A stretch of DNA of 62,750 bases, the filler included, from Trichosphaerium sp. ATCC 40318 (taxonomy: Eukaryota > Protista > Tubulinea): NCBI GenBank assembly GCA_038496445.1. It is 3 parts of 3 records of this genome, joined end to end, with 100 filler letters (N's around TTAATTAATTAA, not from the genome) between each part and the next. Parts side by side here need not be neighbours in the genome. Positions count along the whole stretch, not along the records: positions 30,733 to 58,845 come from JALMLS010000400.1; positions 58,946 to 62,750 come from JALMLS010000395.1; 1 more part is not named here. One strand, written 5' to 3'. Below the pieces are notes generated by a model that did not search any database, was not told where the DNA came from, and saw only the letters and a program-made list of their open reading frames with translations. The translations under genes were made by a program, and so were the position numbers. How positions within the stretch are numbered: position 1 is the stretch's first letter; every line of letters begins with the position of its first letter. Shown piece after piece: positions 48,700 to 62,147 of this stretch.

Positions 48700-50961
48700 A
48701 TGGATACGGAAAGTTCGCGATCTCCTGATGAGTCGTCATGCGAATCTAAAGGCAAGTAACTGGTTTTTCTTTTGTGCGTGCTTAAGTGTTTGTGAGTGGT
48801 TTTAGGCGAAGCAGACTTTTTTGAGGACGTAATTGAGTTTGGTCGAAAAGCCATAAAGCTACACCACTCGAAACCGCGACAACATAAGATTGATCTAAAA
48901 TCCGCTACGATATTCCCAAGAGAATACTTGTCATCACGTGAGTGGAGGGACCTTGCCTCTGCATGTAATAAAAGAAAAAAATCCGGGTAAGTACAAACTG
49001 CTTGGGTTCTTACTTGCTAAATGGTTGCTAGTAAACCTAACAAGAACGACGCCAAGGAGTATTTTAAAACATATATTGTAATACAGAAAGATGTGGATGC
49101 GTTTAAACAGCATTTGTCCACCATAAAGGAGGTAGGCTTTTTTGTTAAGCCATTACCAAAAAATCTTGCTAGTTTTATGGAGCCACCCTCACTTCACGCT
49201 TACTGTTTTAGATGGAAAGTGATGGTAGTATATTTTACGGTCACAGTACTGAAGTTTATAGTAAGGCAGTTTTCTTGGCTAACAAGAAAGCAAGAAACCA
49301 AGTAAGTGCATTCTTTTATTTTTAGTGTTTTTGGGTATAATGTTTTATTAAAGTTGTTCTTGGCCATACGTCAAAGATTATTCTCAAAAGGTAATAGACG
49401 ATGCAATAGCTCAATGTTTACAAACGCCCAAAACATACAAGACAAGGTACTGAAAAGTCATATAGCAACCCAGTTTGTAATTGACAAAAAATTAGCTGAA
49501 ACAGTTCTTAACTTCGAACGGTCTTGAATTCAAAAAACCTGATCACGTGGGAGATCTAAGCATTTACAACGCTGTCATGAACTTTGATTTAGATCTTTTA
49601 TTCAACAAAGGTGTATTTGAAGATACTATCTATGGGCTGGAGATCAATTACTCAAAATACTATTGGAAGTCGTTACATTGTGGGTACACTGTTCAAGCAA
49701 TGTTACTGGAAATGTATCCAACACGATTTGATTTAGGAACTTTGTATTTTTTCTTGTTCCTCGTTTGTTTTTTTTTGGCACTTACAAGTAATAGCAACGC
49801 AATTACTCGACATGTATACAGACGCATTGAAAACTGCCAAAACCAAGAATAAGTCAGCTGCTTTGATAATAAAAGAACTACAAGATAATCTGGAAAGTCA
49901 CAAGAAAGACTACACGCGAGGCAACGTGAAGAATACTGAACGAGCAATTACACCAAAAGGTAACTTGGTTTTTTCTCACTTTTTTCTTCATATACGCATT
50001 TATAATATTTCCTAACACTCATAGTACCTTACTTCAGATATGAATCTGAATCATTAAGCCCACATGATGTTGAAGAAAGTGAGGACAAAAGTGTTGATAA
50101 GGATGCGAACGAAATCATTTGTATTCACACAGAACCCAACTGTAGTACTATTTCTGAGCGCATGGCTGCGTACAAGAAAGATCAAGAAGAATTGAAACGT
50201 ATAAGAAACAAACTGTCTGCCATTGATACCCAAGACACACTTCCAAAACTCAAAAGGAAAAGAGTGGTTAATACAACTACTCAATCAACAATCAACAAGA
50301 AACAAAAAAGAGCACCGAAAATAGATATGCCTGCTACTTCAACGAATATTGTTGATTCAATGCAAGTTGATACAACACTAGCTCCTCACACAACTAACCA
50401 AGAGACCAACATAATAGACCTACCAGCAATGCCTCCCTTGATACAACCAAAAATTCCTCAAACAGTAAACAAATCAGCAAGATTTGAGCCAATGTTGCTT
50501 CCAAAATCACAAAATACGACACCATTGCCTCCACTCACATTGCCAACATTATCACCTCCGAGCATTCAACAAGTAATACCAGAACCAGAATCACGTGTGA
50601 CAGAAATACAACAAATGACAGAAGTACAACAAATTTCCTTAACAACCTTAAATGATGATAGCTCAAGTGAAGGTACAACATTTAGTATTACACGCTTACT
50701 ATACCTAAAAAGTCTATAAAGAATTACCTGAAGACTTTAAGGATATTGGAGAAGATTATGTGATGATTGTTAGTTTCAGTAAGCAGCTACTACTCTAGGA
50801 CTAATCCATTGAACCATATTTTGAAAAACTGAAACTAAAACTTTGTTCAGGAGGCAAGTACTATAAACAAACGTCAAAAACTGGAAAGTACATTGAAGAA
50901 TGCATTAACCTGGACAAATGATGGTAAACCACTGGACATGTTGTATTTACATGGTACTTAA
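48700..50961 (+). CDS. multi-exon protein of unknown function, paralogue B
   Basis: Colinear similarity with paralogue A, including C-terminal LPxxF...DY; Pro/Thr-rich linker. Confidence 0.6.
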
Positions 50962-51289
50962 TAAAGTATTGTGACTGTCACAAACAATTGCTCTTATAAA
51001 CCTTCAGTTTATATACTATCTCATTATGCAGTTACACAAACTGGTTGTTTAGTCTACAGAATTGACCCGGCTGAGGGTAAGTTGTTTTAACAGTAATCTC
51101 AATTTTTGGCACATTATGGCCACAACCGTAGCTTCAGAAGACTGTTTGTATATCGAGATGCAAATTGATGGTGTTCTTAATTTAGTAACACTATCTTCAG
51201 CGTGGCTGCGTTTAAAGTTTATCGTAAATCTTGGTCAAACAATACGAGCTAATATGATGCGTCGCATGTTTCGTATGGAACTTCCCTTT

Positions 51290-52344
51290 GTAGGCACTCA
51301 ATGTAGGTCATGGAGTTGACCCGGATTAGATAGAGAAAGAAAAAGATGAGCAAAACAATTTATTGTTTGTGAAGAGCTAATGAGCTATTCCTCCCATACC
51401 ACACCATTTCTCTCATAATAACAGGATCAATTTCCTGGGCGTTATCACAATAATCCGGTAATTTAAATATCTAAAGCATACAAGTCAGAGAAAAGACATA
51501 AAAACAAAAACTCATACTTCTTTGACATCAAACGAAGGATTTTCGTCCACGTAATTTATCATGTGAGTAGAATCCTCATGTGGAACAATCATCACTGGGC
51601 GTCCGTTATTACTAGCAACGTTCCAATAGTAATGTTCTTCTTTTACCCATCCTGTGAACGTCTTAATACTATAACAACTGGAGTACGAAGTTTACCATTA
51701 CACAAAATATCGTTCACTATTTTTTGTCCAATGTATTCAGCGCCTTCAAGCCAATCTGGTCGGAGGGGCGTAATACCAATAGGAGCTACTTTACACTCTT
51801 TTTTGCTCTCTTGGAATATCCACATCTTGAGAAAAAAAGTTAAAAAGTAATCACGTGGCAAGAACAGAAAACAACATTTCTCTGCCGACAAAATTGTCTT
51901 CCGTACAGTTCTATCCAAGTGAATGATCTGGTACACCTTAGGTATGTTAGTAACCTGATTCAAGGTTGTGTAGCGTAAACGTACCTCTCCAAAACCGATG
52001 GTTATTGCAGGATTGGTTTTAGGTCCTAAAGAGAAGTTACACTCAGGTGTGATTAATTACCAACAGAACCGTTTGTGCTTACCCAAAACATCTCCACGCA
52101 ATGCGCGCAAAGGCCAGTGGTACCTTGAGAGAATTATTAAGCTTTTCACTATGTCATAGAGCGAAAAGGACGTTATTGAAGCCACGCACCAATATTTTCC
52201 TGCTGAATCCTCTCCTACGCTCTTTCCAAGGGTTGAGCGTTGTTGGTAGTATGTATCTGGGTATGTTGGAGGCTCAAGCTGAGATAAAACACAAGAACAA
52301 GTTAAAGATACAAGTATCAATACTACAGCTGCAGTAGGTGTCAT
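51290..52344 (-). CDS. secreted ependymin-related (EPDR-like) protein, multi-exon; 3' end uncertain
   Basis: Signal peptide MTPTAAVVLILVSLTCSCVLS; motifs C...IG..PLRPDWLEGAEYIGQ..V....CN and FKLPDYC resemble plant/protist EPDR-like proteins. Confidence 0.6.
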
Positions 52345-53049
52345 CGCGTGATATGGTTAAAAGCCAAAAAAACGAACACGGGGAAAATCTTTGGCGGTAG
52401 CACTTGTTCGTGTGGCTCATATATCATCACTACAACGTGGCAGAACTTGTGAAGAAAATTGCTAGGAAAGTTATTTTTCCGCTTTATTGTTCAGTTAATC
52501 TGAGATACTGAACTGTTTGTAGAAGGTGAGGTAGCGTTACTGTTACAATCTCTGAAGGTTGGCATGAACGAGTCGAATGTGAGTAAAGACAACTCGTTAA
52601 AGTGAATGTCAGATCAATAAACGATGCCAGTCGTGAATAATATGGACAACTTTTTAAACCTCTCTAGCAGCACGCACGTGGCTTTCTATTATGCTCGCGT
52701 AAAGTACTCCATAAGGTACACTAATGTTATAGCTTGCAGAGCAAAAGGCTACCTATGTTCACAAACCGTCCGAAAAATCAGGTTTAGCGCATCACAATTG
52801 CTTAATTTCAAGTCAAATTCAGTACACCGGCTGATGACCATACCTCGTAAAAAGGCTCTTTGTTTTGCACCTCAACCCTGTGATGTTTTCATGCAGTATG
52901 ACATTGTACAAACGATTATTTGTCTTTCTTTTGCCACAATCAACTACGCTAATGTGTTAGCATGGGTATATCACATTTACAGTGCTCGCTTACAATCTAA
53001 CCAGCTTTTTAGGCTCTGATAAACAAAACATTCCACGAAATCATAAGCG

Positions 53050-53827
53050 ACCACTCAGTCCACCGCTACTATTACTACAACCACTACATACCTGAAAACG
53101 ACCTAATGCATTATGACATGGATAGAAAGGCAGCATCAGAAGACATACACATGTTCTTAAAGAACAGAGTCAAGTTCGATTTTAAAAACTCAATTACAGT
53201 TACAGCAACATACACAGTAAGAGGTTTTATGATATCAAAAGACCTAGAGCAAGCGCAAAACTATCCCTGAGAATTCTAAACTAGAATCTGTTACTCTTGG
53301 AATACTGTCTCCTTGGGTTTACTGTGTAAGCGATACAGTAAATGAAACAGCAAATGAAGATTATGAAAATACTGCTGGGCGCAGAGAGTGGAATATTTTT
53401 CCACGTGTTGTGCAACAAGGTGTAAAACCATTCAACCTTTCAATTTATGGATACTATGCAAAGGGTGTTGAAATAGCTGAAGAAGGATCTATGAATGTGT
53501 GTATAAACGGTGAATGCATTCTAAAACAAGATTTGTTTTATTTGGTAAGCAAACTATTTTCATATTTTTTCCAACAATTTTAATCACGTGTTTTAGGACT
53601 ATGGTGAAGTTTGCAATTTTCTTGATGTTTCAGCAGAAGATAAGATAGATAGAAATAGTTTTAATACCATATATGACATTGTTTGTGGAGAAGAAATAGA
53701 AGAAACTCCAATGGGCTGCCTATATAATCTATGTCTTCATATTGGTGGACAAATTGGAAAACTAGAGAGAATTTTATTAAGCAGTTCCATTCTTTATACA
53801 CACACATGCGTGGGGATCATGTTTTAA
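53050..53827 (+). CDS. hypothetical protein or gene remnant, partly duplicated at ~57060-57510
   Basis: Exon-like stretches KPFNLSIYGYYAKGVEIAEEG..., intron ~53544-53597. Confidence 0.35.
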
Positions 53828-55559
53828 ACATTTTTATTGTGCTTTTGACTTTGAACGTAAAAAAAAATCAACTGATTCTGCGTAAAAAAGCGGAAAGATT
53901 TTAAAATCTATTTTCTCCTCCTGTTATGCCTTTTCAATGTTGATACCACTAACGTATGTTCACTTGGAATGTTGTACCTGTTGTGAATACCTAAGGGCTG
54001 CTACAGGCTTTTGAGTCACAGTACAATTAAAAAATACCCAATAACATGGGAAGCTTTCTTTGCTTGTTAGACATGCATAGCACGCTAAAAGCATTTGCGT
54101 GCAGTCATTGTGTGAATGAAAATGCATTGAAAGGTACGTTCAAAACCATTAAACGGCAGCCATAATGCGTCAATTATTATAACACATTAATGACTGTTCT
54201 CATGTTGTGGTTTTTTTTTCTTTGAAACCTTTCTCATTTGTACCATTGTTCCAAACACTCATAGTACTTGATACCATAGGCAATGAAAGAAAATCATTAA
54301 ACCAGCACAATGAAGACGGTGAGGACAAATGCGTTGACAAAGAAAAAAAGAAACATTCCGATTCATACAGAACACGTGTCTAGTCCTATTTTTCAGCGCA
54401 TGCTGTGTACAAGAAAGATCAAGAAGAACTGAAACGTATTAGAAACGAACTATCTGCCATTGACACCCAAGATGCACTTCCAACACTCAAAAGGAAAAGA
54501 GTGGTTAATACAACTACTCAATCAACAATCAACAAGAAACACCGAAAAATAGCTGATGCACCAATTGCTTGTTTCAATACCTATAGATACAGTAGCCCTG
54601 TCTATAAAGGACAAACCAACTAACAAATCAAAGATAGATACTCCAACAATTTCTTCCCGATTACAACCAAGCGTAACAGCACCTTCTCCGACCAGAAACC
54701 AAACAGAATTGCTTACAAGCAGGATTTATTGAATCGGCAAACACAACCAGGATTGAAGCTCACAAGCTCCTCCATTAACACAAGCTTAAATATTTAGAAA
54801 AATAAACCTAGTGCTTCTACCAAATATTAAACATATTGACCAACTGACTTTGTCGTACGCCAGATGTGAAATGTAAGTAAAGAAGGAAAGCTTTTGGCAT
54901 CTATTGTTCCTGCTTACAGCGATGAGGTTCCAGCATGTTGACGTAATGTTACTATGGCACGAGTGGTTTTTCAACAAAAAACAAATGAGTAACAGCTTAT
55001 CTTTTAATGTCATGTATAGGCTTGACATACTCTACCAATTTTACTCGCACTTCAATTGGAAATTCTGTATCTAAATCATAAGCAAGGGTATCTAGAGAAC
55101 CACCTTCCATGAATGCCATTACAATTGCGTAATTGGGTAGAATAAGGCCAATAAGACTTAATATGTTCTCATGTTGTGGAAGTTTTTTCTTTGAAACCTT
55201 TCTCATTTGTACCATTGTTCCAAACACTCATAGTACTTGATACCATAGGCAATGAAAGAAAATCATTAAACCAGCACAATGAAGACGGTGAGGACAAATG
55301 CGTTGACAAAGAAACAAAAGAAACATTCCGAGTTCATACAGAACACGTGTCTAGTCCTATTTTTCAGCGCATGGCTGTGTACAAGAAAGATCAAGAAGAA
55401 CTGAAACGTATTAGAAACGAACTATCTGCCATTGACACCCAAGATGCACTTCCAACACTCAAAAGGAAAAGAGTGGTTAATACAACTACTCAATCAACAA
55501 TCAACAAGTGGTGCAATTTAATGGTAGTCCTTTTTTTTGCACTTTGAGAAGGAAGGATG

Positions 55560-56890
55560 CTATTGTTATCAAACAATTTCGTTATTCCGTAATAAATATC
55601 AATCCAAAATAGATGATACAATCGACAGCAGCACATTAAAACGGACGAGAGAAATGTCAATATACACGCTAGCCTTGATAACGATTTTTACAAAGGTAAA
55701 TGGCGCAAAAAATACCAAGCCTCTGAATCACGTGTTGAACTAGCCTTTGGGCTAGAAGACAAAACTGCTTTTCAATTTGTATCAGAAAATCATAAAACTG
55801 TCCAGTATGTACAGGCAGCACCTTCTTGCCTCCAATAGTGAGGACTCTTTGGAAGCCTGTCTTAAACAAGCCAACAATTAACTTAAACTGGAATAAAACT
55901 GCAGATTTACTAAAATAAATAAATGGGAAGTAAAAGCAGCAAAGATACAAAAATTAAAGGTAAGTCAGTACACCACCCTTGCGGCTATCAAGTGTATGAA
56001 TTGATCGACTTACGCATTTGTAGCCCCTTCAAACCCTCCAGCGAGTACTAAGACGTCGAATGTAGAAAAGTACATTAGTTTTAGGCTTGTTACCATAGCT
56101 TACATTGAGTTGTAGAGAACTTTCGTACAAAGTCATTACTATTGGTGATACTGGCGTTGGAAAGACAAACTTTGTACTGAGATTCGTTGATAACACATTT
56201 TCAGTTTCTAGTGAAGCCACATTGGGTGATGATTATTACGTAATACGTGCAACATGCAAACAATGCCCAAAACGTTGTTCTCCCAGCAATACGCTGCTTA
56301 CATTTTAGTTTAACATCACATGTTAGAAATTCTAGCTCATGTTTTCGTAGAAGTTTAAAACAATTCAAGTTGATGGCCACCAAGTAAAACTCAACATTTG
56401 GGATACTTTCGGTGTGCTTGTTGCTATATGAGGGTTTGTTTTAAAGATGTTTCTATAGGTCAGAAACGAGTCACCACACATAATATGCAACGTCCATATA
56501 GAGCTGCTAAAGGTGTTTTGATTTTTTATGATATTACATGCCAGAAGTCTTTTGATAATGTAATACTGTGGCTAAAAGAGGTTGAACGATATGCAATGGA
56601 TAATGTACGAATAATACTTGTTGGAACAAAAAGTGATCTAACAGATGACCGTGTTGTTGATACTGCTGTCGCCAAGGTAAAGTCAATAAGTTTTATTCTA
56701 AATAAAGTACTGTCTTTTGATATTCATCTTAGGAATTTGCTGATCAACTCAAGATAAAGTTCATTGAAACATCAGCCAAAGATTTCATAAACGGTATGCT
56801 AGAACATAAGTACCAAGTAGTTTCTTACTTGTGTTTGTAGTAAACGAAGCTTTTGATGTACTAGTATCTACCATAATAGAAACAGAAAAC
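55560..56890 (+). repeat. inverted segmental duplication of ~42190-43520
   Basis: Near-identical ORFs on opposite strands (43339-43566 vs 55537-55743; 42770-42970 vs 56105-56308). Confidence 0.9.
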
Positions 56891-56896
56891 AATTGA
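56105..56896 (+). CDS. divergent Rab1-like GTPase paralogue (no C-terminal Cys motif seen)
   Basis: IGDTGVGKT, WDTFGQ, VGTKSD, ETSAKD; ends IETENN*. Confidence 0.7.
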
Positions 56897-58112
56897 AGAA
56901 CATTAAAGGAAGCTATAACAGGATGACGATATCTCCCATTAAAGCAAAAACCAAGCAGCTTAGACGACAAAAAATACAATCTTCTTTTACGACAATTCAC
57001 ACTAGTGGATCAACACGTTTTTATTGTGAATCTGAAATTTTTCACCTAGCAGTGTAACATACACAGTTACAGGTTTTATGATATCAAAAAGACCTAGAGA
57101 GCAAGCGTAAAACTGTCCCTGAGAATTCTAAACTAGAATCTGTTACTCTTGGAATACTGTCTCCTTGGGTTAAAACCATTCAACCTTTCAATTTATGGAT
57201 ACTATGCAAAGGGTGTTGAAATAGCTGAAGAAGGATCTATGAATGTTTGTATAAACGGTGAATGCATTCTAAAACAAGATTTGTTTGATTTTGTAAGCAA
57301 ACTATTTTCATATTTTTTCCAACAATTTTAATCACGTGTTTTAGGACTATGGTGAAGTTTGCAATTTTCTTGATGTTTCAGCAGAAGACACAATAGATAG
57401 AAATAGTTTTAATACCATATATGGCATTGTTTGTGGAGGAGTAATAGGAGAAACTCCAATGGGCTGCCTATATAATCTATGTCTTCATATTGGTGGACAA
57501 ATTGGAAAATTATTAGACGCATTTGAACACAAGCTTAAATATTTAGAAAAATAAACCTAGTGCTTACTACAAATATTAAACATATTGACCAACTGACTTT
57601 GTCGTATGCCAGTCATGTGAAATGAGCAAAGAAGGAAAAATGTTGGCATCTACTGTTCCTGGTTACAGCGATGAGGTTCCAGCATGTTGAACGTTACAAA
57701 CTATAACACGAGTGGTTTTTCAACAAAAAACAAATGAGTAACAGCTTATCTTTTAATGTCATGTATAGTAGGCCTTCAAAAGGCAAATAGAACAAACAGT
57801 AGAGGGTTTCTTCTACATGATTATCATTTTGCAACTTTTTCCATTCGTGGCTGCCGCTAGTACAAGTACAATCCATTGTCAACGAAGCATGGTGGTTAAC
57901 GGTTTCATTGTTCCTGCTACAATTCAACCACAAATCAATAAGCAGCGTATTAATATGTATCCTTTATACTTGCTAACACTGAAACTAGCTTTGCATGTAC
58001 ACATATTAGCCATGAAACAATATAACAAACTCTAAGCCTTGTACATCGAAAACATGTGTATTCTATTCTTTTGGTACAAGTAACTTACAAGTATTTGGGA
58101 ATTGTTCGCTGT

Positions 58113-58845
58113 TTACAGTGAAAGAGATTTGTCTTCCCACTTGGCTATCATTTTACAAATAATTTTAAAATTAGGTCGTTCGTTTTCATCCTTTATAAAA
58201 CAGGCATTCATTATTGTAGAAACATTATCTGGTGTGCACTCTGGAACACCAGGGTTAATCTTTTCTTTCAAAATCTTATATGCAATCTCAACATCATTGA
58301 CCTCTGAATATGGCCATTTTCTTGCGAATATCTCATACCTATAAAGTGTTAAATCAACAAACCGATATCGCTTGATTCAAGCCACTGACTTAAGAAAAAA
58401 ACAGAAAAAAAAAAGACTTGTAAGGAAGGTCGTACAATGTGATGCCATAAGACCAAACATCCGATTTAACACCGTATTGTCTTGTTGCTAGCGCTTCAGG
58501 TGACATCCATCTTATAGGAAAGCCATTATCCGCTTTAGTAGCTCCTTTCATCTCGTACTTATCGACAATTCTCGCAAGACCAAAGTCAGCAACCTTCGGA
58601 TTCATATTACTATCCAATAAAATATTCCTAGCTGCCAAATCTCGGTGCTAGATACAGGTTAATACAACAGCTTTTGCTGAGAATAGTTTGACATACAATG
58701 ATTTTAAACTTATGTAAATGCTTCATGCCTAAAGCAATACCCCTATTTGAGAAAAGAATGAGAACAGTATTTCGTAGACAGTGACGTACTCTACCAATTT
58801 TACTCGCACTTCAATTGGAAATTCTGTATCTAAATCATAAGCAAG
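58113..58845 (-). CDS. protein kinase C-terminal part with tyrosine-kinase-type motifs (5' lost at gap)
   Basis: GMKHLH, HRDLAARNILL, KVADFGLAR, PIRWMSPE, KSDVWSYGI, ERPNF. Confidence 0.88.
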
Positions 58846-58945
58846 NNNNNNNNNNNNNNNNNNNNNNNNNNNNNNNNNNNNNNNNNNNNTTAATTAATTA
58901 ANNNNNNNNNNNNNNNNNNNNNNNNNNNNNNNNNNNNNNNNNNNN
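58846..58945. other. artificial contig-joining spacer
   Basis: Same 100-nt linker as 30633-30732. Confidence 0.97.
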
Positions 58946-59319
58946 AAAAAAGAACCATGCCACAAACTGAACTTGACTTACTAGCGCCTAACAAGTAACC
59001 AATGGATCTGGCAATGAAAATAAAACCAAGTGTTTGCATTGTCGACTGTAGTTGGGCACATACTACAAAGGACACGGTCAGATAAGCTAATATACGTACT
59101 ATCGTACGTTGTAGGAGGGCTGGGCCAAGACTTGCCGCTAGAAACCCTAAAACGAGAAAAGCGAAGCAATACGTTGCGCAAATCGCTGTAGATTCAGTAC
59201 TAACACGTGTCAGGCCTAATTGTAGTTGTATGAGATAAAACGCACAAGACAAAGCTCTTAAACGCTGACCATCGCGATTTTGAAGGTTTTTTGTCTATTT
59301 CTACAGCTTGAATGTCCAT
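58946..59319 (-). CDS. MFS transporter (MFSD4/FucP-like), 5' exons only
   Basis: YCFAFLVLGFLAASLGPALL and GFIFIARSIGYLLG; truncated by the gap. Confidence 0.65.
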
Positions 59320-60073
59320 TTCAGCGTTGCTGAGTCACCGATTTCGAAAAAGTAAAATTTGAAAAGCGTGCTAATTTTCTGACTATGCTAGCCAAAACTG
59401 AATGTGGCAAAGTTGCTGGCGAGTGGAGAAAAAGTTAACGTCATGTGATTTACCGACGAATTCACTTCGAAATGCCAGTTCTGGTAAGTGGTGTGTAGAA
59501 ACAGTTGTTAACTCGAACAAAGCAAGTCTCGCCAGGCATTATCGGATTGCTCATTTCGGAATGAAATGAGTTCATTCGTGTATAAAATGCATTGTTTGCG
59601 TCGGCTTTTACAATCTATATAGCGCTCTTGTGTGTAAAACTATTGCTTGAATGGCAAATTTATTAACATGAAATTGTACTAGCACTGCGCTAAATAAAAA
59701 GAGCAATATTTGTCAAAATGTGCATTATTGGAAACGTGTAGACAATAACAAGTGTAGTTATTTGATGATCATTAAATTTGAGTATGGAAAGTTTGTGTAT
59801 TCAACTATCAGAGAGCATTATGAATTGTATTAGACAGCGGAGTACTACTAAGCAAACAATACCAGCACGTTTTGTGAACTGAATTAAAAGAGTACTACAA
59901 TGTCAGCGTAAATGAAGCCTACACTATGTATGGTGGTGTACCTGTAAATACATAGTTCTTTGGCTTTCCGGCAAATATCATTGTGGCGTTTGTTGCACCC
60001 ATTAAGGTTTGATATGGTGATGACATAGTTGCATAATTCTATAGCTCTAACGTTGCTCATAAGTATTAAAAAC

Positions 60074-60953
60074 TAGTGGTTGTTGGTAAACGGCTTATTT
60101 AACCGGCTTAGTCATTTGGCTGTTACGAAAAAAATAAATGACTTAATTGACTTAAATCGTTTCGGCTGAACCAAGTAGCGGAACCAAAAAACGTCTACGA
60201 ACAAGAACTGCTGATGTTTTTGTTTATGGACACATGATAGACTCGCCTGATAAGGTTTCTTGTGCCTATTGTCAAGCACCATTCAGTCGCAACTCCAGCA
60301 CTGATACACTTCGCAAGCATTTACAAGTTTGTAAATTGTGCTTAAACGATGGAACAAAAGCCCAGCTGAAACAACTATCGCTTACCTCAATGGGATTCAA
60401 AGCAAACCCTACGCTATTGCATGAAGATCAAGTGCGCTTAGACAATTTGTTACTGAGATGGGTTCTACGAAGATCAAAACCATGGCAAGTAACATGTTGC
60501 TTCCGCTCTTGATCCTCGGATTCTTTTTTTTTTTCGAGAACTTTTATTTTCTTTTTTTCTTAGATTGCCAAAGAACTGAAGCAATACAGACGGACGCCTG
60601 CACTTGCCTTAAACCAGTGTCCATTAAAATGGTGGCGTGGCAACCGTTCTTACTTTCTCCTTTCAGCTTTGCCTAGAGTGTACTTAGGAATGCCAGCAAG
60701 TTCCGCAACAGTTGAGAGAGTATTTTCTCGTGGTTCTATTGTGATGACAAGCAAACGTACTAGTCTGAGTACAAAATCTCTAGAACTGCAAGTTTGTGCT
60801 GCAGTTAATGCTAAGTACTTAGACTACATAAACTACAAATAAATTTCCAAACACGTGTTTTATTGTAACAATTTGGAGCCGGTTAGCCAGTTAAATAGAG
60901 TTGTTTTTGTTTGAAAAGTCATTTAGAGCTGAGCCGTTAACTTTCAACCACTA
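60074..60953 (+). mobile_element. internally deleted hAT DNA transposon (880 bp)
   Basis: 8-bp TSD TTAAAAAC (60066-60073 and 60954-60961); TIR TAGTGGTTGnnnGT(A/T)AACGGCT; BED finger CAYC..LRKHLQVC and hAT dimerisation domain PLKWW..LGMPASSATVERVFS. Confidence 0.93.
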
Positions 60954-61140
60954 TTAAAAACCATATTATGTGCGTACAGTATCACTGCCGGTTGCAGTTA
61001 CGTAGTAATCGCAAAGATTAGCATTGGTTAGTGAAAAAGGAGTTGCAAGTGCGTTAAATGACAACTTTGACAGAAGCATTGTTTATCGAAGCAATGATAT
61101 TAATTGAACGCTAAACTAACATACATCCTATTATATTGCC

Positions 61141-62147
61141 ATGTCTTCTTATTGTAGAGCAATATTATTGTTGGCCTTATTTGCGTTTTTTGTACAATCA
61201 CGTGCTTTACCTACACGATGTGATACAGTGCTCTTTTTGGTACACGTGACACTATTTTGTTGTATTTTCCGAATTAACTAAAAAACCAAGGCTGATGTCA
61301 ATAACTGCACAGCTGATGGCCAAGGAGACGAGCTCTTAATACGACTAGCCATGGAAGCAGTCTTTAAAGCTGACGTTAGATGTTCGGCCTCTGTAGCTAC
61401 TTCTGAAACAACAGAATACGCCATGATTGTAAGGGTCTCTTCGTTCTAACTACCACTAACCAACTTTAGATTATATTACAATCAGCCAAGTCCGGTAGAG
61501 TGCCGCGTCTTTCGATGTCTGCCACTCCAATAATTGTGTCCGAGGAGTTCGCAATACAGAATTTAAAAATGGGCAATATTTCAACAAGAAAAGAGCATTT
61601 CCTCGACATTGTAGATTCTTCACATTCGTTAGCAGCAAACCTTGCAAGCGGTAATCATACTGTAGTATCAAACTGTTCCAAAAAATGTATGATTACTGCA
61701 AGTACAGGTCCAGATGCATCAGTTATTGCCCAACTCCTCGGTAAGAGCGCACTCTTTGCGTACGAAAAGGTGTGTAATACAATGTCCAATCATGTTTACA
61801 AATATTTAGGGGTCAATGCTCACTGATAACTCTATATCACCTTCTCTACGCATAGGCCTCTTTGTTGGAATGAATTCGACCGTCACAACGGTTGGAGAAG
61901 TTCTCGTTGGCACTGCTATTGCATACGCTTATTCTAAAAGTCCTTGTGGTACCGTCGCTTACTTCTTATTTCTAAACCATTCAAAAAACACTCACGTGTT
62001 TTAGTAAAACAAGATGTAGGAGAAACATATCAGCTTGCTGAAATAGACGACTCAGATACCGATAAAGAAGGGCAAGAAGAAGATGAAGAAGAAGTATCGG
62101 TACTAATATCAGATGAAGAACTACATTCCTTGGAAGAAGAAATATAA
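61141..62147 (+). CDS. hypothetical secreted/membrane protein with acidic C-terminal tail, multi-exon
   Basis: Signal-like MSSYCRAILLLALFAFFVQSRA, a hydrophobic segment near 61850-61930 and an EEDEEE tail; exon structure unresolved. Confidence 0.4.
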
